This document shows positions 51,239 to 63,849 of a stretch of 64,000 bases of DNA, one piece after another. A model generated the notes under the pieces. That model saw only the letters and a list, made by a program, of their open reading frames with translations. It was not told the DNA's origin and did no database searches. The DNA lies in the NCBI RefSeq assembly GCF_006345805.1, contig NC_043019.1, positions 16,987,360 through 17,051,359 on the forward strand, in the 5' to 3' direction. The translations under genes were made by a program, and so were the position numbers. Source of the DNA: Octopus sinensis. Lineage: Eukaryota. Position 1 is the first letter of the stretch; every line of letters starts with the position of its first letter.

Positions 51239-51595
51239 CCCTTTAGAGCTAAGGGTTAGTGACAGGAAAAGCATCCAGTTGTAAAGCTATGTCTTAAAAA
51301 TATAGTCATCTAACCCATGCCAGCGTAGAAAATCAGATGTAAAAATGAATGAAAGATTTGCATTTTTAATTTATAACAAAAACGGAATCAGTTGCACTTT
51401 AATCTGTGACCAAGCAAAATATTTAATCTGTTTTATGTTCAAACTGACCAGATCCAGGCTCTCACACCTACCCTACAATGTTATTCTACATTAAGTAATT
51501 ACACCATCAAGATCTTGAAGATATGAGATAACGCATGATAAATTCAAATCAATGGGAATCAATAGGTTTGATAGAATAATCTGAACGCTAAAGGG
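51239..51595. mobile_element. piggyBac-like MITE carrying a captured 177-bp local segment
   Basis: TTAA TSD and CCCTTTAG/CTAAAGGG TIRs. 51245-51421 matches the reverse complement of 54961-55137 at 176/177. The remainder closely matches 39499-39717. Confidence 0.85.
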
Positions 51596-53189
51596 TTAAT
51601 AACATTGGTCAATGGCCAGACAGTTGAAGCAAACGTGAAATGCCCACATTGAACTGCTGAAACAAAGTGGACACATTGATATATAAATGTGTGTGTGTGT
51701 GTGTGCACACTCAATAGCAGTGTCCAGCCACCCAATTCGCCAGGCTATTGTATGTAACAACCAACTAATACAATATGTCTGATGAGGGATTTTAAAATCA
51801 AAATCTACTTGTCAAAAAGAAGGCATAAAAATTTATGCTCTTTAAAATGCTTGGGATATTTGTTCTGCAACCAGATACAGACACTCCCTTATCATTCTTA
51901 CCATTGGAAATCCAGTGAACCAAATCACGGGTTATTGTTTATCAATCAAGGTCATCATCATTTTTAGTGTCTATTTTTCTATACTAACCTGGCTCAGACA
52001 GAATTTATTGAGGCAGATTATCTATGGCTGGATGCCCTTCCTGTCAGCAACCCTTACCAGTTTCCTAGCAAGAGGGTAATATCTCTCTCCTGTCAGACAT
52101 GTTTCACAGAAGACAGAAACAAACAACAACTGCTTGTATGATGGCAACACTTCTTTACAACTGTTGTGTGATGTCAATGCAAGGAAGCAGTAACACACAC
52201 ACACATACACACACACACACACGCGCACACACACACACAAGCTTATTTCAGTTTCTGTCTACTCAATCCACACCGAACAAAATATGAGTTCCTGTTTGCT
52301 ACAAACAAATGGTGAGATAAAATATAATACATGCAATCACCATCATCATCATCACATCCTCCTCCTCCTCCTCCTCCTCATCATCACTTTATCCTCCAGT
52401 TTTCCTGATGGGATTGACTCTACTGCATGTTACCCTTTTGATCATTTGACATTTTATCCTCGTCTAATCTTCTCAATATTTCTTCCCATGACTTCCTTAA
52501 TGTCGCTTTGTCATGATCTGCCTTACACCATCAGCAACCAACAACACCCTTCCATCCATCCACCACCACCCTCCTTCATTCTAACCACTTGTCCACACTT
52601 TCGCTGTCGCCCTTCTCTTTATACAAAGCCTGACATCTTTAATATCAATGACCACTGTCGTCCACTTCTGCTCCATAAATGACACATACATGTCTCATTT
52701 ATCTCTCCAGTCCTCTTAGATCTTAACACATTCAACATTTATGACTCACCATCACCCTGCAACAAACACCACATCCTTTATAGTTTGTTCTCGTTCAAAT
52801 AATGAAGTCCTTTGTTAGTAGCAAAAATAATAACTCTCTGATCTTCCACATTTTTCTTAGCCTAGAACAACAACAATACATTCCACAGGGTTGAAAGAAC
52901 ACTTTTGTGATATCAGCACAATTGAAATATTGAGTGCGGCTGCATAAAGATGTCAAAGGGTAGAGATGGGATGTACGATAGAATAATCTTTTGGCAATAA
53001 GTGTAGGAAAGATACAATAACTCAAACAATAAAAAGTAATAAAACTATACAAACAAGCCTAATAATTGAAGAAGCATTTTCATACAAGAGCCCAGAGATA
53101 GGATGTGTTCCACATATTTAATGCAATATAGGACACATACTGCTTGACATCGGTTTTGTGTATTTACCATTGAATCAAATTTTAAGCAG

Positions 53190-53790
53190 ACGGCGAGCTG
53201 GCAGAATGGTTAGCATGCCGAGGAAAATGCTTAGAGACATTTTATCTGTCTGTATGTTCTGAGTTCAAAATCTGCTGAGGTTGATCTTGCCATATCATCC
53301 TTTCAGAGTCGATAAAATAAATACCTGTTTCTTTACTACCCACAAGGGGCTACACACAGAGAGGAAAAACAAGGACAGACAAATGGATTAAGTCGATTAT
53401 ATCGACTCCAGTGCATAACTGGTACTTATTTAATCGACCCCGAAAGGATGAAAGGCAAAGTGGACCTCAGCGGAATTTGAATTCAGAACGTAACGGCAGA
53501 CGAAATACCTATTTCTTTACTACCCACAAGGGGCTAAACACAGAGAGGACAAACAAGGACAGACAAACGGATTAAGTCGATTATATCAACCCCAGTGCGT
53601 AACTGGTACTTAATTCATCGACCTCGGTGGAATTTGAACTCAGAACGTAACGGCAGACGAAATACTGCTAAGCATTTCGCCTGGCATGCTAATGTTTCTG
53701 CCAGCTCGCTGCCTTAAAATAAATACCAGTGATGCACTAGGGTCAATGTAATCAACTTGGTCCCTCCCAATAAATTGCTGGCCTATATGA
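53190..53790. mobile_element. B-type SINE dimer (53326-53714, minus) inserted in an A-type SINE (plus)
   Basis: 13-bp TSD TAAAATAAATACC at 53313-53325 and 53715-53727. The dimer junction GAAATAGGTATTT is the same as in 5828-6440. Confidence 0.85.
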
Positions 53791-53809
53791 AACCCTGATT
53801 TACCATTAA

Positions 53810-54015
53810 CTCTTTAAACTGGTCATGTCTGGCTGTAATATTCTCCCTGATCTGTTCAGTGTTCAAACTGGCCACATCTGGTTTCTCACACCAACCCAAC
53901 AATGCCATTCTAAAAAATCGAAATCTCATAGCTGCTGAACGATGCAGGATTGATTCGAAACCAGGTGAATAAATAAGCATTACGTGTTTGACAGAGCAAG
54001 CTGAATGCTAAACGG
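53810..54015. mobile_element. Older piggyBac-like MITE
   Basis: TTAA|CTCTTTA ... CTAAACGG|TTAA; internal similarity to the other copies. Confidence 0.75.
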
Positions 54016-54174
54016 TTAAGAAATAGTTATGTAATGGCAAAATGAATGATTTGTTGTGACACAATCTCAAATTAAGGTTCTCTTTAGAACTCAGATGATC
54101 TTAAGTCCATTGCAGAAAGAACTGAACCAATAATTCCGAGCAGAAATGCAGTAACAGTGATGTTTACATTTTAT

Positions 54175-54560
54175 CTTTTCCTTGTTTCAGTCACTAGACT
54201 GTGGCCATGCTGGGGCACCACCTAGAAGAATCTTTAGTCAAATGAATCAATCCCGATATCTATTTTTATAAAAGACTGGTACTTATTCTATCAGTTTCTT
54301 TTGCTGAACCACTAAGTTACAGGGACATAAACACACCAAAACTACTTGTCAAGCAGTGGTAGAGGATAAGCACAGACAGACACACAAACACATACAACGA
54401 GCTTCTTTCAGTTTCCGTCTACCAAATCCACTCACAAGGCTTTGGTTGGGCCAAGGCTATAGTAGAAGACACTCACCAAAGGTGCCGCGCAGTGGGACTG
54501 AACTCAGAACCATGTGGTTGGGAAGCAAACTTCTTACCACACAGCCATACCTGTGTCTAT
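54175..54560 (-). mobile_element. CORE-type SINE
   Basis: Family motifs in reverse complement. Confidence 0.85.
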
Positions 54561-55934
54561 AGCCACGCCTTCGTTTACATAGAAACGAACAATTTCGAGT
54601 AGACTTTTCAGCTTGAAATTTATATTTCTTTTCCAAATAATTCAGAACATAATTTGGTATCTTCGATGAGTTTGCTCATCTGATGATTGATACAGCTATT
54701 AAAAAGCATGGAACCATTTTCAGAAAGTAAATTATACATAGAAATTAAATCCAAGACAGATAAATATAATGCTTGATCAGATTAGAAGAAGAAACATTGA
54801 TGTTTATTGATTTCCAACACAGATTGTTATTTTCCCACAAGCAATAAAGTGTTTGCAACTAATTTTGCTTTCTTTACTCTCTGGCTGTTAAAACGACTAT
54901 GTTCGTTACAGTGATTGCAGGATTTAATTAAAGATTAAACTATCAAGACAAAAAAATATTTATTTTGCTTGGTCACAGATTAAAGTGCAACTGATTCCGT
55001 TTTTGTTATAAATTAAAAGTGCAAATCTTTCATTCATTTTTACATCTGATTTTCTACGCTGGCATGGGTTAGATGACTATATTTTTAAGACATAGCTTTA
55101 CAACTGGATGCTTTTCCTGTCACTAACCCTTAGCTCTTTGTAGAGTAAGGGATATCTTTGAAGGTTCAAAACCAAGGGACAACCATTGACAGAGAAATGA
55201 CAGCAACATCAACATTTTAGTTTGTGATTTTGGGAGGGGAGTAAACCTAAACAAAATCACACACACACACACACAGTTGTAATAATGAAATCAAACCAAA
55301 CAGTGGTATTTTGAAATCATTTAATATGAAGAAATTGAAGGAAAATTTCTTATTTTTGAAATGCTTTAACTGAGGAAGGTCTTACATAATGGATGCATTT
55401 CCTATTATATATCATGCAAACCTGAAACACACGTCTTAAATGTATGCAACGATTTACTTGTATAAGATCTCTATGTATCTCCTCAGGCGATACTCAGTTG
55501 CTGTCTCCGTAAGCAAATTTAGATTTCCATGCTACAACATCCATGGTTTCTTCCTTGAAACTAACAAACGCTGACGGTTTCAATTCGCTCGGTATGAGTG
55601 TGTTATCACGTTCGACATGAGCTGCAATGTGCACGCTGTCTGTTTATTTATTCAGTTTCAACATGTTATTCTACACATGCCAAACTCTACCATTACGCAA
55701 AATACATTCATCCATTTGCTCATACTTATACAATCACTTACACCGTACATCACTCAGTGTTTCCATACACACACACACACACAGATCTTCTTATACAGGT
55801 AAATCATTACATAAGAATACCTGAGACTAGAATTGGTAGCATACCACAAGAACACTACCGGCTATTTTGGAATTCTAAAGGTGAACGAGTTTTATTTGTA
55901 CTCTTATACATTCTTAACAGAACACACCTCAACT

Positions 55935-55968
<34 letters not shown>

Positions 55969-57247
55969 CAATAAAATATATATATATATATATATGTATA
56001 TATATGGCAGGCATCTTTCAGTTTCCATCTACCAAATTCACTGACAAGGCTTTGGTTGACCTGAGGCTATAGTAGAAGGGGCACTTGCCCAAGGTGCCAT
56101 GGAGTGGGACTGAACCCAGAACCATGTGGTTAGGAAGCAAGCTTCTTACCACACAGCCACTCCTTGTATATAAACACTTGCATCATTGTCTCCAAATACA
56201 CACACACACACACACAACAGGATTATTTCAGTTTTCATTCACTGAATCAACTCATAAGGCTTTGGCCAGCCCAGGGCTTCAGTAGGAGCTGGCACAAAAT
56301 GGGATTGAACCTGAAACCACATGGTTGGGAAGCAAACTTCTTAACCACACAACCATATCTGCATCTCACAATCCTAGAGAATATGAAGAGTTGAAAGCAC
56401 ATCGAAAATATTAAATTAAGGCAACATAATTCAGTTTCCTGAGATTGGTTTTAGACTTGCAGTGTTTAAAGACATTCCACCAAACCCATACAACAAAACC
56501 AGGAAATCTAGTCTATTAACTAGGTGACTTAATTACTAGAAATGGTAATTAGTTGCAACTTGGAGTGGAGGCAGTAATGGTGGTGCGGTTGAGTTGGGTT
56601 TACCAGTTCTGGTGAATAGTGGTAGAAGTTTTGAGATGTTTGGCAATTCCTTATGTTCAGTCTTGCTAAATAATACAGCGTTAAAGTTGGCGACAAATTA
56701 AGGCTTCACATGTTGTTCCGTTGAAAGAAGATTAATTTAAACTGATTTGTAGAGAGCATGGATAATTAGGTATAATGAGGTGTGTAAATGAGGACTGTAT
56801 AAATAAATGTTGTAGGTTAATGAATTAATGAGTAATTAGAGCAGAGCAGACAGACAGACAGAGAGGATAAAGATAAAATAAGGTAAAACCTAAGAAAACT
56901 TGTAAATAAAGAAAATTTGAGAGTCGACAGTGAAGGTAAAGAAATGGAATGACAAAACCTCTTCAAAATATAATCAATGTTGAAGACGAGAAGTAGGAGA
57001 TAAAAATTACTCATTCTCATTTGATATCCTAAAATGACTGATAAGATTTAATAACTCAAAATGTTTGTGAACTTTTAAACATTCTGATTTTAGTCATAAA
57101 GTTTACGATTGGTGGCCTAAGGTGGTTAGAGAGGTGATAACAGAATAGCAAACTCAACCCCAGGAAGGAATCCATCACTTTCCTCAATTGACTTAACGCT
57201 TCCTCTGGCCTTGGGCCAAAACTTGAAACCATCATCATCATCATCAT

Positions 57248-57306
<59 letters not shown>

Positions 57307-57309
57307 TCA

Positions 57310-58095
57310 TAAAGGTGGAGAGCTGGCAGAATCATTAGCACACTAGATGAAATGCTTAGCAGTATTTCACCTGCTGCTATATTCTGGTTGACTTTACCTT
57401 TCATAGTCTCATCCCCTCCCCCAAAACTGCTGCCCTTGTGGCAAAATTTGAAACCATTATTATCATTATTATTATTGTTGTTGTTGTTGTCATTAAGGTG
57501 GTGAGCTGCCAGAATCATTAGCATGTCAGGTGGTATTTTGTCTGTCTTCACATTCTGAGTTCAAATTCTACTGAGGTCGACTTTGCCTTTCATCCTGTGT
57601 CGATAAAATAAGTACCAGTCATGTACTGAGGTCAATGTAATTGACTCTCCCCCTCCCCCAAGTTTCAGGTCTTGTGACTTTAGTAGAGAGGACTATTATC
57701 ATTCTAAAGGCGGAGAGCTGACAGAGTTGTTAGCATGCTGGGCAAAATGCCTTGTGGTATTTCATCTGTCTTGACTTTCTGAGTTCAAATTCTACTGAGG
57801 TCACTTTTACTTTTTATCATTTCAGGATCAATATAACCAACTTAACCATTCCCCAGAATTCCAGACCCTGTGCTTGTAATAGAAGGACCATTATTATTCA
57901 AGGCTTCAAGGTGGCAAGCTGGTAGAATTGTTTGTGTGCTGAGCACAATGCCTTGTGGTATTTTGTCCATCTCAAGTTCCGAGTTCAAATTCCACTTTTA
58001 TCTTTTTGGGGTTCATAAAATAAGTACCAGTTGAACGCTGGGGATGATTACTCTCTTGAAATTGCTGGCCTTGTGCCAGAATGTGAAACTATTAT
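57310..58095 (+). mobile_element. Head-to-tail array of four Meta-like SINEs
   Basis: Four repeats of AAGG(T/C)GG.GAGCTG...TTAGCA heads, separated by short (ATT)n/(GTT)n tails. Confidence 0.8.
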
Positions 58096-58264
58096 TATTA
58101 TGAAATGATACCCAACAATTTCCAGCTCTTCCTTTAACAGTTGATAATTGCTGTTAGCTTCATGCAAATGTAAATTTGTTGTTTTTTTTTTAAATACTAG
58201 GAGGGAGAGGTGGAGAGGCGGAGGAGATGATGACATTCCAAGAGAAAGACCCTCAATTGATCCA

Positions 58265-58660
58265 ATTTGTATGTATGTATGTATTATGTATGTGTGTATG
58301 TTTGTATGTATTATGTATGTGTGTATGTATGTATGTATGTATGTATGTATGTATGTATGTGTGTGTGTGTATGTATGTATGTATGTTTGTATGTGTATGT
58401 GTGTGTGTATGTATGTATGTATGTGTGTATGTATGTATGTGTGTATGTATGTATGTGTGTATGTATGTGTGTATGTATGTATGCTTGTATGTATGTGTGT
58501 ATGTATGTGTGTGTGTATGTATGTATGCATGTGTGTATGTATGTATGCTTGTATGTATGTGTGTATGTATGTGTGTGTGTATGTATGTATGCATGTGTGT
58601 ATGTATGTATGTATGTATGTATGCATCTGTATGTGTGTGTGTGTGTATGTATGTATCCAT
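58265..58660. repeat. (ATGT)n/(GT)n microsatellite
   Basis: Seen directly. Confidence 0.95.
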
Positions 58661-58842
58661 CCATCCAAACTGAGGGAGCAGAGCAGGTAAAATCCAGAAT
58701 GCATATGTTTCCTAGCTAGCAGATCCTTGGAAGTAATAATTACTCAACGAAAGGTACTCTATTAGCTACTTATCAGGTCAAAGATACCTTAATTATATGA
58801 AGGTTACAGTGACATTAAAGAATCCCAAGTTAACTCACTAGC

Positions 58843-58892
<50 letters not shown>

Positions 58893-58959
58893 TATATATA
58901 TATATATACATACATACATCATACATACATACATACATGCATACATACATGTTTTTTTT

Positions 58960-59187
58960 TATTACCCACAAGGGGCTAAACATAGAGGGGACAAACACGG
59001 ACAGACACACGGATTAAGTCGATTATATCGAGCCCAGTGAGCAACTGGTACTTATTTAATCGACCCCCGAAAGGATGAAAGGCAAAGTCGACCTCGGCGG
59101 AATTTGAACTCAGAACGTAACGACAGACGAAATACCGCTAAGCATTTCGCCCGGCGTGCTAACGTTTCTGCCAGCTCGCCGCCTTAT
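58960..59187 (-). mobile_element. Young, full-length B-type Meta-like SINE with CpGs intact
   Basis: Complete head AAGGCGGCGAGCTGGCAGAAACGTTAGCACGCCGGGCG through poly(A)-like tail, inserted in an (ATAC)n tract. Confidence 0.9.
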
Positions 59188-59259
59188 TACATACATACAT
59201 GCATACCTACATACATACATGCATACATACATACCTACATACATCCATAGTCACATAAA

Positions 59260-59455
59260 AAGCAGTGATGCTGGTGCCAAGTAAAAATCACCCAACACTA
59301 TCTGTATAGTGGTTGGCATTAGGAAGGGCATCCAGCCATAGAAACCACGCCAAAACAGACAATGAAACCAGATGTGGCCCCTTGCCTTACCAACTCCTGT
59401 CAAACTGTCCAACCCATGCCAGCATGGAAAACAGATGTTAAATTAAGATAACAAT
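59260..59455 (+). mobile_element. Diverged RTE 3' terminal block
   Basis: GGTTGGCATTAGGAAGGGCATCCAGCC...CCAACCCATGCCAGCATGGAAAACAGATG. Confidence 0.7.
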
Positions 59456-62377
59456 GATATCATATTTCCTCATATATAAATCATAATATTCTATGCCTCC
59501 TTTTAAACTGAAAAAAAAACTGGGGTGTGACATATAAACATGAGAGCAAAAGCGGCATTTATTTCTCCTTATAACTTTTGAATACAATAGTAAGTAATAT
59601 GTGGTGAATGAAGCTTTTTTGCACCAGCGTCAAAGAATGTGGATTATATTTAGAAGAAGAAAGTTATGATTAAGTCTTTGTTGAAGGTATTAACGGCAAG
59701 AGTAAGGAAGTGAAAAAGGTTTAACAAAGGATTACAAACTACGCCCTGAAACCAGTTTTTTCAGAACCTGCAGCCATTTTGTGCAAAGTAAAGCGGTAAA
59801 GCATATATTACTTAACAGGAAAGGAATTTATAATCCAATCTTTACGAATAAAAAGAAAAAGTGTTTTGATGGTTAGAGACATCTGAATGCTTCTTTTAAA
59901 ATGCAGTTAAACTTAACAGTAAAATGAAATCATTATTGGGATTATGGTATTAGTAAATGACTTATAATATTATAGTTGAACATGTAGACCTTTGATCAAA
60001 GGTCTTCTAGGAGTATATTATCCAATGTGCAGCTCCTTTCCATAAGAGAATAGGCTGCTATTTTTAGCAGAGTGAGCAGCCATGTAGAAGCCGCCCTCAT
60101 TGTCTTTTCAATATGACCATTAATATTAATGAAAACGTTTAGATTGTTTTTCTCATCTTTTGTAGATTTTTTTTCTTTTAATTTTTGTTTTTACAAACCG
60201 CATTCCAAATACTTAATCTGTGCTTATCATCAGGTGCTATAGATATGAGCATGTGCAAGAGTTAGGATCAAACACAATTATTGCACATAGGATTTCAACA
60301 GCTCTTATCCACCAAGCCGCAACAAGAAGTACAAGTTATGACAATCATTTCGAGAATTTTCACCTGAACATATTAATGCTATTGATGCGATCAGTCAGTG
60401 CAAAATTATATCACGGTAATTTTCCTGAATAAGATAGAATCACTTCTGATTTTGGTGAGCTTAAGTCATTCTGCTTGCGTGAAGATGGCCCGCTGCCAGG
60501 CAAAGATATCCTTCTACTACACAAAGATGGCAGTTATTTGTGCTTGTACATTTCCTGTTTTTCAGTTCTTGTACCCCTTCAGTCCAGATTTGGTGGGGAT
60601 AATATTCTCAACAGGATCCAGACTTCAATGTCTTTTTGCTTGTTTTACATTTGTCTTTCTCTGGGAAATGAAACAACAGGTCCATCTTGCTGAAACATTA
60701 TCCAAGATAGTCAATACGGCAAATATGTTTCTTGTTCCGTTTTACATCAAAACCTGGACAAGTTAATATTTCCACTTTGTTGAGATCAGCAAAAGATACC
60801 ACAAGTTACAGGGCACTTGACAATAATGTGAGGACAATCTTAGTTACAACAAGATGTGCTGTTTTGCCTTTTCTTTTCACTGAAACAAACAATACATAAC
60901 TAGGGGATCTATGACTTGAGAAGAAGCAACTACTCAAATTATTAGCAATGATGTGTGTGTGTGTGTGTGTGTGGACATCATGTGATGGTTGTAAATAAAC
61001 ATCACTGTCTTGCAAGTGAGGTTGTTTGTTTCCAGTTTTTCATGAAAAATGTCTGGCTTTGGGAAAATATTACCTTACTTGGAAACAAGTGAGGGTTGGT
61101 GATAGGAAGGGCATCCAACTGTAGAAGATCAGCCTCAATGTATTTCATCTGACCCATGCAAGCATGGAAAAGTGGATGTTAAACTGATGATGATCACACA
61201 CACACACACACACACAAATATGGAAGATAACTTTTGTTATCCTTTTTGAATCATAGTTGTATTTTCTGTCAATGACATTGGCCCACCAATCGTTATTTCA
61301 CCTATTATTTTTAACCCACTCTTGTTTTAATTCTGTCACACTCAAACATTCCTTCGCTGTTTGCTGCTGGAAGTCAAGCATGAAAGATAAACACCTCATC
61401 CTTCTACACAATTTCATTTTACTTCATTCACTCTCAGTTTAACAGACAACATTCTACATCCACAATACTCCTTAGTATGATAGCAAATAGATCTAATTAT
61501 TACATGGGAATAATTACTGAAGACTGGACTGACTCATGCCACTTTCCTGGTGATTCCTTCTTTAAGTGCAACTGAGCCTCACAATGCAAAACTGTACATA
61601 TTTCTGCTGAAATATGAAGATATTGCAAATGAGTCAACTGTCTTTTGACCTACCAAAGAGATGAAATTAGTGCAGCTAATTCTTCCTTATTACCTTCACT
61701 GAAATGGGAAAAATAATGTTTTATGGAATTTAATCTAGACACTGGGGAAGAACTTGAAGAGCAGTGGCTATTTCTAAAGCAGGATTAAGACAGAGTTATT
61801 ATGTAGAAGTTAAAGAAAATACAGCTTAATGAGATTATTAGCGATTGATAATCTCATTAAACTATATTCCATGTAAATGGTTTTCTGGTCAGAAAACTAA
61901 TTGAAATGATGAGTCACTTACTGCACAATACGAGGGATAAAATGTGATACTAAACGAATTTGGCAAAGGAGTAAATGATATTCGTAACAGTAACGAAGAC
62001 AACTTTTTTAATTTGAAATGGCTTACTAATTATATAAATTAATGTTGAAAAAAAAAACCCCCAAAAAACACGAAGTAAAGAGGAAGGTGCCAGTTGTCTG
62101 AGGGTAACGAGTACAGAAACGAGAAAGGAAATTAAAAGTAAAAGAGTGAATGAATAACCCTGCTAATCTGGTACCTTTGGGATCCGGGAAGGGCTACATT
62201 TTCAAACATATCAGCGTATTGGGACTTAGGCTTAAATAAACAAAAACAACAGAATCAGGTTTTTTTAATCAGGTCATCAAAAATGTAATTCTATTTTTAA
62301 CATCTTCAGTATCTACAAACTTCTTTTCATCTCTAAATTATGTTTATAAATGTCATATATTAAGGTTTCTAACTCAC

Positions 62378-62411
62378 CCGACAACAAATAACGAGCCTCG
62401 GCAATATCCAT
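62378..62411 (-). CDS. Coding exon 1 (MDIAEARYLLS-G) of the two-TM/PPxY gene; exon may begin at acceptor 62453
   Basis: AAAGACATGG start context with an upstream in-frame TAA. Consensus donor CGG|GTGAGT in phase 1, matching the phase-1 acceptor at 48367 (G+GT = Gly). Locally CpG-richer. The join is inferred, not observed. Confidence 0.6.
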
Positions 62412-63469
62412 GTCTTTGTGTTAATTACTTGACATTTCCAACGACCGTTGCTCCTGAAATTGACATACCTTCGGATCACTTTGCACTAAACTTAAATAAC
62501 ACTGCATTTCCAAAAGTTCTAGTTGTCTTTTTAAAGTATGTCACACATCATCACCTTTATTTGTCTCTGAATCAGATAGAAACAGTACCAACATGTCTTT
62601 TGTCTTTTAATGTCAACAAATCTGATGCGACTCTACATGATATTCACACAGAATGGCATTCTGGTTTTCACCTAATTCTAAATACTATATTATTTCGGTT
62701 TCCAAGTGCAATGTGAGAGTTACATGCTTCCTTTTCACATCTGCCTCCAAAATGGTTCCTCTTATTAAAATTGGAAGATATTTTTCACAAATGGATATAA
62801 AATATAAATACACAAACAAAGGGCTGTGGTGTTGCTACCATTCTTTTCAATTTGAATGAAAACAAGGACAGAGAGAGACACCAGCAGCAAGTGATGGTAC
62901 TTAGGGAAGAAAATGAGAAAAAGAAAACCTGAACTGCATCAAAAAGACTTCAGGATGCCAGAGGAATGGAACTTTACTGTTTTCGTGTTTTATTTGTAAA
63001 CATTTCCAGCACATTTAGCAAATATTAAGGGATAAAGCAAGTTAACTTGATAACTGCTGGAGATGAAAGGAGTCTGAAATAAATATGTGAAGAATCTTAA
63101 CAAACAGAGATATTCATGTAATTTCACTGATATTTTCTCCTTAATCTTGTTATTGAAGTCAGTCAGTTCTAAAGTTTACAACTTGGAGGAGTTTTTTTTT
63201 TTTTTTAAGTGGGAGTGGTTCAAGATAAGCAAAAAGAGAAATTTATCTTTCTCTAATAAATCTCTCACATCTAAATTAATTTATTGCTCATTTCCTAATA
63301 GAATGGAACTGATAAGAGACAAAAATGAAAAGGTGCAGCAAAAAAAAAAAAAAAAAAAAAAAGGACAAAGATACAAGTCCAGAGGATCACTTCTTAATGC
63401 CATGGCAACAGATAAAATATGCCGAGTTATCACCAAACATTCAAAAGGATTGTTACTTCTAAAGATAGA

Positions 63470-63630
63470 TTCTGGTTCTGAGTTTGAAAACCCCATGGAG
63501 GTCAACTTTGCTTTTCATCTTTTCAGGGTTGATAAAATTAAGTATTAGTCAAGTACAGAGATTAATATAATCAACTCCCACACCCTACCCCTTAAAATTG
63601 CCGGCCTTGTGCAAAAGTATGAAACTCTTA
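63470..63630 (+). mobile_element. Diverged Meta-like SINE fragment
   Basis: GAGGTCAACTTTGCTTTTCATC domain and A-type tail. Confidence 0.7.
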
Positions 63631-63849
63631 TTTCTAGAATAGCTGGCCCCAGCAGATGGGGGCGGAAAAAGGCACAGAATTGGATTGTCCCCCCCACCCC
63701 CCACTCACACACACACAAAGGGAATTATGATTCTGAAAGAATTTTTTCTTTCAAAAAATTTCAAATTTCTAAACCGTTTTGCTCCAAGCTGTTCTCCTTC
63801 CCTGTGTAGAAGCAGGTATAGCTATTTGAAAACTTCACTGAATCTTTAA

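Noticed and set aside
52750-52861. Minus-strand cassette exon of the two-TM gene
   Set aside because: All three frames contain stops. The peptide EDQRVIIFATNKGLHYL looks more like a MULE transposase remnant.
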